64,000 nt of DNA from Octopus bimaculoides (Eukaryota), in NCBI RefSeq assembly GCF_001194135.2, contig NC_068981.1, positions 5,459,047 through 5,523,046 on the forward strand, given 5' to 3'. Each line of letters begins with the position of its first letter. The first letter of the stretch is position 1. Of this stretch, positions 27,829-40,770 are shown in pieces. The position numbers and the translations under genes are program-made. Under the pieces are notes generated by a model. That model saw nothing but the letters and a program-made list of their open reading frames with translations, was not told where the DNA came from and did no database searches.

Positions 27829-28922
27829 GTATGTATTTGAATTTGGAATATTTTCTTGTTTTGAATTAGTCATACATTAGCTTTGAGATTTTGATGATGT
27901 GATTGTTTTTAGAATGACATTGTTGGGTAAATGTGAGGGACCAAATGTGGCCTAATTGAAGTTAAAACAGATTATATTGGCCTGTTTAAATGCCAAAGGA
28001 TTCACCATCGAAGTGGATCAAATATGGAGATGAATGGTGATATAAGTAGAATAAGAACTGCATCCATAACAAGTTTGTGTTAATGGTGGGGAAGGAGGGA
28101 CAATTTGGTGACTTGGTCACAAGTGTCCACTTTCTTTGTGTGTGTGCACGTGCAAGTGTGGTTGCATGTCAAATAATCTTGCTCTGCAATCATGCTTAGG
28201 CAAAATGGGCGACCAACACCTTTGAAATGGTTGTTGTCGACAAGCAGAAAGTTGCAAGTCATGTGTGTGTATACACACACACACACACACAGGAGTTATT
28301 TATTGATATAAAATCATCATGTGCTTTGTGATGCTGGGTGGTTTGACAGGTTCTGACAAGCGACAGGGCTGCATTAGTTGCACGCCGATATCTGGGTTTG
28401 GTATGGTTTCTATTGCTGGAGACATTTCCTAATGCCAACTCACAGTGTACTGAGGGCTTTGTCTATGATGCCAACACCAGTGAAGTTTCCAAATAACTTG
28501 CAAAACAAAAAGAAGAAAGGAAAAGGGAACTGCAGCAATTGAATGGGTATAAATTTGAGGAAGAATGAAGGTGGCTTAATGCTGCCTTCGAAACAGTTCT
28601 CCAACATGATTGCAGTTCTAATGACTTGAAAAACTCAGATCTGTATGTGCTTGTTTTAATAGTGGAACTAGTTGTATACACACACACACACACACACACA
28701 CACTGAACTTTTAGTTCCTGTCAAAGAAATCCATTCAAAAGCCTTTAGTTGGTTAGTGGCCATATAGTAGAAGACACTTGTCCAAGGTGCAGTGGGAGTT
28801 AACCTGGAATCCTGTGGTTCGGAAATGAACTTGTGAACCACACAACTATATTTATGCTCATGTGTTGAATCTGTTGCGCTCTGATCATCTAATACGGACC
28901 ATTTTATTTGTTTCCATTTCAG

Positions 28923-29043
28923 ACAATGTGAACTTTTGTCTAGTCTATTTCAAGCTGAAGAAAATAGTACATTTTTACTACCAATTGCTCTTACTTTATT
29001 AAGTGACAAAGTTGCTGAGGTCCGGTTAGCTGCTTGTGCTCTG
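28923..29043 (+). CDS. PPP4R1: PPP4R1 exon QCELLSSLF...LLPIALTLLSDKVAEVRLAACAL
   Basis: catttcag/GTGAGT, 121 nt phase 2/0; PIAL..L.DKV..VR HEAT motif. Confidence 0.95.
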
Positions 29044-29203
29044 GTGAGTTCCCACTTGTTCTATTTTCCTTCTATTGGAAATAATCTTACATAATGAAGA
29101 AAACATATCTACAAAAAAAAAAAAAAAAATCAGTGAATGTATTTCACTTGAAATATATGTTTTCAAAGGTAGATAGGCATCGACGGCTAGCAAACCAAGC
29201 TAC

Positions 29204-29246
29204 TCTGGACTGATGATGAGCAATGACTCTGAAACTAGTCTCTGGG
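29204..29246 (+). ncRNA. hammerhead-like motif of a different family, GUC cleavage triplet
   Basis: CTGATGA 29210-16, stem II GAG/CTC with flanking T-T mismatch, GAAA 29231-34, palindromic ACTAGT stem III, C17 at 29240, stem I TCTGGA/TCTGGG with G-U pairs. Confidence 0.5.
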
Positions 29247-31261
29247 TGGAGGTGCTTTGTTTCCACTTTGAAAACATAGGGACACAGGAAATGTGTCAAG
29301 TCCAACAGGAAACGGTGTTTCCTAGGACTAAATAACAGTAGCATTCTTCCCTTTCATGGGACTGCCACATTAAGCTGACAGCATGCTATCACTTTATTGT
29401 GCTGCTACTGCATAAATCACTGAGATTTAGAAATATATTATTTCTATATCTAGACATAGTTTTAATTTGTGACTACTGTAGAATTGGTGTGTGTCCCCTA
29501 CCCCTTCTGAGTAGTTTTATGCCAGTGGTTTCCTTGTACAGCTTTGAGGAAAATTGAATAAAAATCACTTAGTTATTCTCTTGTAAGGTTCCTTGGCTGA
29601 ATTAGGTGAGGTTTGGGTGTGGGATAGTTTTGACTGAGAAGATTGACCAGTACACCAGAAATACCACCCTTAGAAGGGTTGGTTGTGTGTGTGTTATGGA
29701 TGCACAGTGTCTAAAGCAGTGGTTCTCAACCATTTTTTTTCGTACCTTTGATTCCCATTTTATTCTGGGGGAACCTCATAGCCATTTCCATCTTCAAAAA
29801 GGAGTTTTATAGATATTTTTCAAAATACCTATTTTCACTTATGTCAGCTTAAAGTGAAAGAAACCAAGCTGCTTCCTGCAATAAATACATCATCGTCGTT
29901 TAACATCCATCTTGCATGGGTGACAGGCAGCCAGGTAGAAAAAATACCCAAGGCTACTGTGTCTGTTTTGGCAGGGATTTTACGACTGGATGCTCTTCCT
30001 ACAGTGATATTTATGTGTGTATATCCGATGGGCTTTTCCATTGAATCTGCTAGAAAACGAATGAATAGAGAAGTTATTGTTTGGATTCTTGCTTTTGTCT
30101 GTGCCCGCTCATCAATTATTAGCTTTGTGTTCTGTCTTGTCATTGCGTCAGGCATTAGGCTGTGGCCATGCTGGGGCACTCTTGAACTTTTCGTTGAAGG
30201 AATTGACCCCAGTACTTTTTGTTTTTAAGCCTGGAACATATATCGGTTCCTTTTGCTGAACTGCTAAGTTATGCCATAAACACACCAACACAGGTTGTCA
30301 AGAGTGATGGTGGACACATATATGATGGGCTTCTTTCAGTTTCTGTCTACCGAATCCACTTACAAGGCTTTGGTTGGCCCGAGGCTATAGTAGAAGACAC
30401 TTGCCCAAGGTGCCACGCAGTGAGACTGAACCCGGAACCATGTGGTTGGGGAGCATATTCCTTACCACACATCCATGCAAAAATATATTTCTATATATTT
30501 TTACGTTTTGATTTCATTTTCAATACTGCTTTTGAGAATACAACTTTGTACAACATAAGAGATAAATGACAAATGTTTCTGTTACTATGGCAATATTGAA
30601 AATACGAAAGGAATTTAGGCAGTTTTTTTTTTATGTCTTGCAAGTACTTGGTGACCCTGTCAGTGCAGGTGCCACTTAGAAAAAGCACCCAGTCCACACT
30701 GTAAAGTGGTTGGCATTTGGAAGGGCATCCAGCTGTAAAAACTGACCTCTCCTGTGTTTGTGCCATGTAAAAAGCTTTAAGTCCACTCTGTTGAGTTGTT
30801 GGTGTTAGGAAGAGCATCCAGCTGTAAAAATCCTGCCAAAACAGACACAGTAGCCTAGAGTAGTTTTTCTACCTGGCCATCCCCATTATGCCAGCATGGG
30901 AGGTAGACATTAAACGATGATGGTGATGAATCCTTGATTTATTACCACAAAAGTTATTCATGGTATGATGTTGCCCTAAATACATTTCTTATTTTCCTCC
31001 CTTTAAAACTTCCCTCTATGTTATCAATGCGCACTCCCTTTCTGCTGCCCATACTACAAAGTAGTGTCCCTGGCAACTAACCCCACAACATTGGCCTCTA
31101 CAAGAGGCAACCATGCATCTGTGTAGTATTCTTAGCAGAGGTCTGGATATACAAAGAAACTGCACTGCTCAGTGCATGTATATCTTTCACTTGCACATAG
31201 CCATGCGCACACGTGCACGAGGAATATCTTCCAGTCTTGTATTGTTCTGTTTTTTTTACAG

Positions 31262-31374
31262 GCCAGCACCTTACTGAAACAGTTGTACAACACCAAGGAG
31301 CAATATTACCAAAGAATGGTCAATGACTTAGTGGAATGTTTTGCAACATATCCGAATTGGGTGAAACGTCAAGT
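31262..31374 (+). CDS. PPP4R1: PPP4R1 exon ASTLLKQLYNTKEQYYQRMVNDLVECFATYPNWVKRQ(V)
   Basis: tttttacag/GTAAGT, 113 nt phase 0/2; aligns to INELVENFGRCPKWSGRQ. Confidence 0.94.
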
Positions 31375-32125
31375 GTAAGTAACAGAGCCTTATCAATTTG
31401 CATTGTTTTACAGAATTCCAATATTATTAAAAAGCGACCAACTGGTGGAATCATTGGCATGCTGGACAAAATGCTTAGTGGCATCTTATCTGTGCATTCT
31501 GTTGCTCTCCTGTTTTGAGTTCAAATTCTGTTGAGGTCAGCTTTGCCATTCATCGTTTTGGGGTCAATAAAAGGAAATATACCAGTTGAACACTGGGGCT
31601 TATAAAATCAAATTAAACCCTTTCCTTGAAATTACTGGCCTAGTTCCAAAATTTGAAACCATTATTGTCGTTATTGTTATGTAACAAGATATGGCTGTGT
31701 ATTTGAGAAGTTTGTTTCCCATTCACGGCTGTGCAACCCCTTGAGCAAGTGTTTCCTACTGTCACTCCACACTAGTGAAAACCTTGTAAGCTTGGTGGAA
31801 TGGAAACTGATAGGAATCCGTTGTGTGTGCAAATGAGTGCAGGTTTGTAGTTGTAGCATTGTCTTGACACGATTTGATGCTTGTAAACAAGTTTCAGTCA
31901 GACAAGTGATGTTTGTTTCTTGTGTTCCGTGACAGATATATGTCTGGCCATGGGGAAATATTACCTTGCTTAGAAACAGGTGAGGGCTGGCGGCAAGGAA
32001 GGGTATCCAGGGGCAGAAAATTTTCCTCAGACTCCACCTGATCTATTCTGATATGGAAAATGGACGTCAGATTTAGGATTAGTTTTCAGGTGTAGGTGCG
32101 GCTGTGTGGTAAGAAGTTTGCTTTC

Positions 32126-32355
32126 TTCTGACGGCGAGCTGGCAGAGTGGTTAGCACGCCGGGCGAAATACGTAGCAGTATTTTGTCTGCAGTTATGTTC
32201 TGAGTTCAAATTTCGCCGAGGTCGACTTTGCCTTTCATCCTTTCAGAGTTGATTAAGTACCAGTTACACACTGGGGTCAATGTAATCGACTTAATCCCTT
32301 TGTCTGTCCTTGTTTGTCCCCTCTATGTTTAGCCCCTTGTCGGCAATAAAGAAAT
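32126..32355 (+). mobile_element. second tRNA-headed SINE family (GGCGAGCTGGCAGAG...CCTTTCATCCTTTC...GTACCAG), nested in a CORE-like SINE
   Basis: 15-bp TSD AAGAAGTTTGCTTTC (32111-25 and 32356-70); central domain recalls MetaSINE-type domain (from memory); relatives near 31490, 50405, 61705 (+), 2630, 49730 (-). Confidence 0.85.
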
Positions 32356-32842
32356 AAGAAGTTTGCTTTCCAACCATGTGATTTTGGGTTCAGTCCCACT
32401 GCGTGGCACCTTCAGTAAGTCTTCTACTATGACCAAAGCGTTGAGTGGATTTGTAGAGGGAGACTGAAAGAAGCCTGGTGTATGTATGTGCGTGTGTGTC
32501 CGAGTCTGTGGCAAACACACCTGTTTGACAACTGCTGCTAGTGTGTTTGTGTCCCCTAACATACCGATAAGCAAAAGAGAGCATGGTTGATTTGTTTGAC
32601 TAAAATTCATCATAATATTGTCCCAACATGGCTGCAGTAAGTGAAAGAGAAAAGACAAAATTCCAAGATCCTAGTAAATGAAGGAATGGTACAGAATAGT
32701 TGAATTCCATCCAGCTAATCTACCAAAATGTTTGGTATATTGTTAGTATGAATGCCTTCATTTTAATGACTGGATTTTCAGGTTTTTCTCTGAAATGTGA
32801 AGTAAGTTATTAAAAAAGCCAAATTCCTGTTTTAATTTTTAG

Positions 32843-33003
32843 ATATGCTCACCTTTGCTGGTCAATTTTAGAAGATAATAGCATTCCTCCAGAGCGTTTT
32901 GCTGTAGATTTTCTTCCAAGTCTTCTCGACTTAGCAACAGATATCATACCTAATGTCAGAATCACTTCAAGTAAAACTCTGTCTCAATGTGTTCTTTCTG
33001 TAG
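32843..33003 (+). CDS. PPP4R1: PPP4R1 exon YAHLCWSILEDNSIPPERFAVDFLPSLLDLATDIIPNVRITSSKTLSQCVLSV
   Basis: ttttag/GTAAGT, 161 nt phase 2/1; aligns to DQFAVHLMPHLLTLANDRVPNVR. Confidence 0.96.
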
Positions 33004-33214
33004 GTAAGTTGTTTAACGATTCATCTTCATTAATTAATGCTGTTGTTGCATTTTTATGCCGTCCCATAATGTGGTAACACTTTTGTTCCTGTATTTCTGT
33101 TGCCTTTCATTCGATTAATTTTGAAAATAATGAATTTAGCCCTTCTGTTTCCAACCTGTTGCCTTTCATTCGATTAATTTTGAAAATAATGAATTTAGCC
33201 CTTCTGTTTCCAAC

Positions 33215-33596
33215 NNNNNNNNNNNNNNNNNNNNNNNNNNNNNNNNNNNNNNNNNNNNNNNNNNNNNNNNNNNNNNNNNNNNNNNNNNNNNNNNNNNNNN
33301 NNNNNNNNNNNNNNNNNNNNNNNNNNNNNNNNNNNNNNNNNNNNNNNNNNNNNNNNNNNNNNNNNNNNNNNNNNNNNNNNNNNNNNNNNNNNNNNNNNNN
33401 NNNNNNNNNNNNNNNNNNNNNNNNNNNNNNNNNNNNNNNNNNNNNNNNNNNNNNNNNNNNNNNNNNNNNNNNNNNNNNNNNNNNNNNNNNNNNNNNNNNN
33501 NNNNNNNNNNNNNNNNNNNNNNNNNNNNNNNNNNNNNNNNNNNNNNNNNNNNNNNNNNNNNNNNNNNNNNNNNNNNNNNNNNNNNNNNNNNNNNNN
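33215..33596. other. assembly gap; others at about 20804, 21101, 27404, 43344-43589, 44785-44884, 45705, 55069-55672
   Basis: runs of N. Confidence 0.98.
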
Positions 33597-34069
33597 TTAC
33601 CTGTAATTAGTCATTTTGAGACAAAAATTATGCAATAAAATTAAGAACCTTTTCTTTGTGTTCCAAAAAATCACATTAATATGTTGAAAAGTTTTTTAAT
33701 GAAACCAGTCTAAATTTGTGATTATTTTAGAATGTAATTGAAACTCATAAGGTGTGTGTTCTACTTAGAAATTTAGTAACAAAAGGGTTGAGTAAAATAT
33801 CTTTGCCCTCATTAAACTTTTGTTTAGAATATAATTTCACATGAAAGTTTGTAGGTCAATTAAAGAACTTAGGCTAGAAGCACTGCGCAGTGACTTGCAC
33901 AAATATAAACTTGCATTATTTACATTTGATGGATATTTGTCCTCATCTTGTTTGTTGTTAATGTTTCGGTTGATACATCCTCCAGCCTTCATCAGGTGTC
34001 CTGGGGAAATTTCGAACCTGGGTTCTCATTCCCGAGGTATTTTTTGATGTTATTATTTTTATTATTCAG

Positions 34070-34226
34070 CGGAGTGGTTGGCGTTAGGAAGGGCATCCAG
34101 CTGTAGAAACTCTGCCAGATCAGATTGGAGCCTGGTGCAGCCTTCTGGTTTGCCAGTCCTCAGTCAAATCGTCCAACCCATGCCAGCATGGAAAGTGGAC
34201 GTTAAACGATGATGATGATGATGATG
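34070..34226 (+). mobile_element. (GAT)n-tailed retroposon, representative plus copy
   Basis: GTGGTTGGCGTTAGGAAGGGCATCCAGC...ACGTTAAACGATGATGATG; other plus copies near 17957, 19895, 20185, 22770, 25240, 26395, 30630, 43780, 44535, 60260. Confidence 0.85.
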
Positions 34227-34453
34227 TCACTGCCTAAAATCAAACTTGGACTCTTGGGGTTAGTAGTCCACACTCTTAGCCAGTACACCATATGCCTGTG
34301 GGCAATTGTGGAGTGAATTTTAGGACTTATAAATCTAATATTTTCCTATCCTTCCTTAATACTGGTTCCCATTTGCTACTCATATCTGCACTCAGTCTGC
34401 TTAGGAGATTGTTGTGTCCTAGTATTGTCCTACCATATGTGTTGCTTCTTTTA

Positions 34454-34503
34454 GACACCTGATGAAGGCTGGGGGGGGGGTGTATCAGCCGAAACATTGT
34501 GTT
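34454..34503 (+). ncRNA. minimal hammerhead-like motif on sense strand of PPP4R1 intron
   Basis: GACAC-CTGATGA-A-GGCTG-loop-CAGCC-GAAA-CATT-GTGTT. Confidence 0.6.
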
Positions 34504-36452
34504 AACAGCAAACAAGATGAGAACAAATATCTGTCAATTGTAAATAATTCCTCATCTCTTAAATATAGAATTGAAATATTAACTTATCAACTCATATACA
34601 CTCAACACATATCTGAATCTGTAAGAAAAGCATTGTCTGCGTTTTGTGAGGGAGGCAAATTCTTGCAGCCCACAAGTAGTTTCAAATATGTATTGTAGAA
34701 ATAAGGGCATTTTCAGGTTGGGAAATGAAGTATTTGGTGCTGGAATCTTGGTGGACTCTTTATAATATATATTTCCAGAACTCTACAGCTCAACCAGATT
34801 AAAATTTTTGAAATGCATGAAGAAACTCTTATCCTTTTCTTGGATGCAGCTGAAAATAAATAGGTTGGACAGTTTGACCAGGACTGGCAAGGCTGGAAGG
34901 TTGCACCAGTGTGATTTAGCATGGTTTCTTTGGCTGGATGCCATAGAACACAACGCCAGTCGCTCCAAGAGTGAAATGGGTGCTTTTATGTGCCACCAGC
35001 ACAGTGTCTATATACAAACTAACAACCTGAGTTGTGTCTGCGTATATCTGAGACTCCGTGTGAAAGAAAGAAATAAGTCAACAACAGTGCAAATGTAGGC
35101 TCTCTGTTGCTGAGGTTTTGTGAAGTTCTTTGTTTTGTCCATTATTTCACTCCTCTCACCTGAGTTATCTTTCCCTACCTTTAAACACAGGAAAAGATTT
35201 TTCAACAGCTGAGAAACCGCCCATTCTCCTGTGGTTTTTAAGAGTGCTGCCAATACAAACTCTGCTGGCTCACTTAATTTCTGGTTTTATTCTCGGATCC
35301 TCTCCAATTAAGTGTTGAGCCACCACCATATGATTTTAATTAGCCCCTACTGCTTGTGTTTCTTGGGAGTAGACATTTGTTATTATATCTCTAATCAGGC
35401 ATTTTCTTGTTCATACTGATACGACCAGACATTCACTGTTCTTATCATCCATGCTGGCATGGTTGGATAGTCTGACAAAGATGCATTGAGCTTCAAATGT
35501 CTGCTCTGGCATTGACTCTTCAGCTGTCTTAGATTGCCAAGCATCACATTTTGTGATCTGGTGGGGCCCACATTGTGTAAGACCTTCTCTGATTTGGGAA
35601 ATTTTGTTATACTTACCAAATCTCCATTCACACAACCAGGCAGTGCCTGATGGGCACATACTAAATGCTTGCAGTCAAGTGAAATGCTCACACCCATTGT
35701 TAGACCAAATCACCAGACAGTAACCACCCAATTGGTGGTTTAAGTGAAGAGCACTATGGTCTTCAATTTATTTGTGGAACACACCATGGTGATGGCAGCA
35801 ACCCCCACATGTAGCACAACACACTTCTGGCCACTGCCCAAAGAAAACCACAGCAATATTTTATTGGATTAATTTCTTTTCTTTTTAACATGAAAGTGTC
35901 TTCAACAATGAAAAAAAAGCAGTGACTTGCAGGGCCAAGAAAAAGCGAAGCCCCGCAACTGAATAGGGTCGTTGTGGGTGAGGTGACTTTATGCCAAGTA
36001 TTGAGGGACTCAAAATACGATGGGAAGATAGTGTCTTGCTGTAGAGGTAACACATGGCTATCTTGCATTATATAGGGGTGGGTACAAAGAAGCTAAAATC
36101 ACGGTGACAAGGTATTGGCACATACTTTCCAAGATATCAGAAAGGATATGAACTGAATGTTGAGTGGGGTTGGCTTCTCTATAAATCCCCTTTGCATCTT
36201 AACTCAACTGTATCCAGTCAATTGTTTCTTTCTAGATTCTATAAATCTATTTACATTCTATACTTAATCTCTGCAATATTGCATCTCTTGTTGTAAAGGG
36301 GACTAGGGGCTTATTGTCTTCCTTCACTGTTGGATAAACCTTGCGTGTTTCACTGAAGGTCTCTTGTAAGTAAATAATCTCTCCAAGAAGCTGTTTAATG
36401 TTGATCGTTTCTATGGAAACTAATGCATTTTGATTTACTGAATGTTTTGCAG

Positions 36453-36610
36453 ATTATTTGGTTTCGCGTAAAAACCCACATTATGAACGACTAGTTGAAA
36501 CCATGCTTAAACTTCAGGTTGATAAAGACAAGGATGTGCGTTATTTCTCAGCTTTGGCACCTAACAAATTCCAAGAAGATAGTCATGAAGAAAATACTTG
36601 CCAGGATACG
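36453..36610 (+). CDS. PPP4R1: PPP4R1 exon (D)YLVSRKNPHYERLVETMLKLQVDKDKDVRYFSAL...CQDT
   Basis: ttttgcag/GTAAGG, 158 nt phase 1/0; aligns to LQMDRDSDVKYFA. Confidence 0.95.
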
Positions 36611-36659
36611 GTAAGGTTCTTTATTCACCTATTCATTACTTTTCCATTGAAATTGTCTC

Positions 36660-36662
<3 letters not shown>

Positions 36663-36724
<62 letters not shown>

Positions 36725-36768
36725 ATATATATATATATGTGTATATATATATATATGTGTGTGTGTGT
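36663..36768. repeat. compound (AT)n/(GT)n microsatellite
   Basis: direct reading. Confidence 0.96.
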
Positions 36769-38561
36769 ATCATTGTTGTCGATTAATTCCTGCTTTCCAT
36801 GCTGGCATGGGTTGGACCTTTTGATTGAGGACTGGTAAGCCAGAAGGCTGCACCAGGTTCAATCTGATCTGGCAAAGTTTCTACAGCTCCAAGAGTGTAT
36901 TGGGTGCTTTTACGTGCCACTGGCACGAGGGCCAGTCAGGCGGTTCTGGCAACGACCACGCTCGAAAGGCATTTTTCACGTGCCGGTAAGGTGACACTGG
37001 CAACAATCATGCTTGGATGTGCTTTTAGCGTGCCACTTAACAAGCAAAGTTTATTGTCCAATGAATGAAGGGTACTCAACATTGGGCCTTACCGAGGCAA
37101 GGACTAGTGACCGAGACCTTTGGAGATATGCTGTACTTGGGAAGTCCTGACAAGCCAAGTGAGACCATACCCCATGGCCTATGCCAGTGGGTGTAACCAA
37201 CCCACTTATGAATACAATAAACTTTGCTTGTGAAGACCTATTGAGGCAAGTGAAATCAAAACCAAAATTGCTGACATGTCCGATGACAGTACCGCCTGAT
37301 TGGCACTCACGCCAGTGGAACGTTAAAAACACATCCAAGCGTGGTATATGTATGTGTATGTATATATACATATATATATATTTTGTGGGTTTTTTGAGTT
37401 GGGGCTTGTGACATAGCTGGAAGTTGTTAGGAAGATACCTGAAATAGCCTGACACCCTAACCACTAAGCCATGTATCAGGCAGGTGGATTAATGAAATAG
37501 TTAAACCTGTTTGATGCTTGGAGAGGGGAAAAATAACTGTAACTGGGGTTTTTCTTCTTTTTGTTGTAAAAACCACTTGGACATGGGTTTCTTTCCTGTG
37601 GTGTGTCAGTTTATGGTCTCAAAATAATAGCATTTGGCTCTTACAGAACAGAGACTGAGTTGATTGGATCACAGAGAATTTGTTGAACTGGATTTTCTAC
37701 CACTGGATGTCCTCCCTGTTTCAAATGTTTCCAATCAAGATAGAATTTTCCCAGTGGCCAGGCATGGTTTTCACTTAAGATTGGAAGTGAACGTGTATGG
37801 CAGTGGGGGTTTAAACCCCTCCCCCAACACCCACATATAAAGGGTGAAGACTAATAAACACCAGCCGCTGCCACCGAAGGGTGTTGAATTTCTAAAGGAA
37901 AACTAACTGAACTCTCAAAGCAGAAGCAATGGAAGGGGCTGTTTTCTATTTTGCATTCTGCCTCGGACTGCGAGGTGCAAGTGGACCTGAAGGGCAGACT
38001 TGTCTTCCCAGAGGAGACAATCGTAACATTGCTCACTCTCAGCAGACCCCCCCCCCAAAAAAAAATGGCTGTCGTTGTGGTTATATTGGAAGGACAGGCT
38101 TGATATTTCCCACTTGGTAAAGGAAATGAGATTTTCAAATTTAGTCAATGGGGCCCTTGTCAAGAGCTGATGGGCAGCCTCATGGTGTATCATCTAGGTC
38201 AGTGTGCTGTTTCCTGCTGGAGATAGGCCTGGAACCCAGACAAGTAAAGAGAGCCATCAAGGAAATAGGGACTTGACCTAATTAACCCATTATTTTGGAT
38301 GTTAAGGGAACAAAATAATGGGTTCATTGGGTTAAGTTTTATTTGTGAAATATGGTTGTTTTGAACTTGTTGCAGAAAGAGGTCTGTGTTTGTGGTGATG
38401 AGTGGGGCAGGGCTTATTAGGAATGTGAACAGGGTGCAAAGGGGGTGGCAGCCTGAATAAAACGTTTAGGAACCACTGGTCTAAGCCAATGAGGGTGTTG
38501 TTTTAAAGATTCTTCAATTATCTTCCACAAGATTTAAAATGGCAGTAATTTTGTCTTTCAG

Positions 38562-38573
38562 GTTCCTGTATGA
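38562..38573 (+). CDS. PPP4R1: PPP4R1 probable terminal coding exon VPV-stop
   Basis: ttgtctttcag acceptor, GTT CCT GTA TGA TAA in phase 0, followed by ~4 kb lacking SINEs; not confirmed by transcript. Confidence 0.72.
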   Translation, partial: VPV

Positions 38574-40770
38574 TAAAGCTGACAAACTGTACCAGCAGGG
38601 ACCAAGAGCAGCATCAACAAAACAAGATATCTATATCTAGCCCCATCCCTCTCACTCCTTGCCCTGACTGCGACTAGCCCTCCATCTGTGATACTACGAG
38701 TCAACCCTATGCAATTGTAATTAACTAACCTGTTCTTTATCCAAGGGTTGATGGAAACATTTCTAGGGAGACTGAAAAATTGCAGTTTTTAATTTATTCA
38801 TTGTAAATGGCTCCATTTTTTTTTCTGTTTTTAAATCTTAGCTGATGATCCCTCCCTCCATTTCTACAGGACCAATTTCAAAATCAGAGCCTATTGAAAT
38901 ATTTAGTGGCATTTTTATTTTTCATTTGGCTGCATCAGTGAATAGAAACAATCTGACTGAAGAATTGGAAGTGTGTGTGCAAACCTGTATCTATGCGTAT
39001 ATAGACACGCCCACACACATACGATGCATTCTTAAATGGCAGTCATTTGTTTCAATCTCCTAACTCATTCTTACCAACTAAATCTCCTTGTTGGGTCCAT
39101 TTATAGTCCGTTTGGAAAATTATGAATTTTTTGTTATTTTGAACAAATTAAGAGGAGAAATATAATTTTTAGGGAGATTTATATTAATGACCGTATTTTA
39201 CTTTGTTTTTCCTCCCTGTCGATTTATTTTCCATTTTTATTGAATGAAATTTGTAGATGAAACCTTTATTTTTTATGTTTTGTTCCCCACATTTAATTAA
39301 AATATATCAAAAATAAAATTATTATTATTATTATTAATTGCCCAAATTGCACAAACAACCTGCATAATGGTGGGATTTCTTGTTTTTAATTTTGTTGGCC
39401 CTAAATCACTGGAACATCCTTTCAAAAACTCCATCTCTGTTTGGCTTCAACAGTAGTGGCAGCAGCAGTTGTGAAGATTCCTCACCATTTCGGTGACTTA
39501 TAATATTCCATGCTCTGGAATTTGTTTGAAATTCTGAGAACAATGTTTTTTTTTTTTTTTTTTTTTTTGGTGCAGTAAAATAATTGTTTCTGCTCCTTGT
39601 CTAAAACTTGTCCCCTTGGTTCATCGATTCCTCTATATTTCAACTTCATCTATTAAATGATCACATCTTTGATGTTTGCTTTTAAAGGGGTTCTTTAAAA
39701 TCCAACATCCTTTTAAGCTTGCAGGTCTTTGAATTGGTTTGCACCTGAAATTCTAGTAGCCATTATACATGTTTCTTAAATTTAATTCTTCAAACTGGGT
39801 TCAAATTATTGTTGTTATATTTGAAGTGGATTTTAAAATAACACAATTTGTGAATTTATTATAGCTTAAAAAAAAGAAAAAATGGAACAAACAAAAAAAA
39901 ATGTCCCTTGCAGTTTGATTGGACTCTCAGGAAATAGATTCAGTTTTGAGAAAATAAGAGAAAAAACAAAAAGGTGCCTAAATAAAAAGCACATTGTTCC
40001 TGCGAGTGAGATGTGGTCCCTGACCCCTATCTAAGAAGGCTAAGTCCATTATAAGACAGCAGGGAAAAAGTGGTGGGGGTCAAGAATGTTACACTGACCA
40101 CCACCACTACCACCATCAACACTAACATAATTATTGTGATTTCCAATAGAGAATTCTTGAACAGCTCCTTGGATATTCAGAGTGCAATCACAGCCAGCTC
40201 GGCACTTTATAGTTTTATTCCATTTGTTAAACCACGACACGGCATTGTTGTCGATGGAATTTGGTTCATCTTGTTGATTGCTGAAATGACATTCTAACGG
40301 CTGTAAATTTGTAGCTTTTTCTCTCACTCTCCCTCCTCCGCCTCCTTCTCTTCCTCAGTTGTATTTAAAGTGTGTGTGTGGGTGGGTGGGTGTCTGGTTC
40401 AATACTTCTTAACCATTTCTACATCACTGCTGCCACTGCTGGTTCTCAACATAAACCCCATCCACTGCTGACCTTTCTTTCTGCCCCACACCTCTCACCA
40501 TTTTGCTCTCTCTCTACCAGTCTATTATTGCTGGTACTGTTATTAGCCACATGCAAATACCGGCTTTTGGCAGTACTTTCCTCATGTCTAATCAACCAGA
40601 CCTTTTTTTTTTTCCCCCAATTCCACCACCAAGCTTGTTGGTTCCAGACAAGAAGTATGTATAAAAGTGAATGGTCCCATCAAGTTTGTTGGTTCCAGAC
40701 ATGTGTATAAAAAAGGCCTGTGGTTTTTTCTACTGTCAATTGGAGCCTTTTGTCTTTGAATTGACGATCC

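Larger units (their letters stand above)
33905..34570 (-). mobile_element. same family, minus-strand copy split by an RTE-tailed SINE (34070-34226), with plus-strand inverted tail 34452-34570
   Basis: tail 33905-34068, head ~34226-34310, inverted arm ending TGTAAATAATTCCTCATCTCTTAAATATAGAA. Confidence 0.8.

Noticed and set aside
36230-36400. Minus-strand EIIYLQETF resembling a LINE AP-endonuclease motif
   Set aside because: Single short motif amid stops; insufficient without a search
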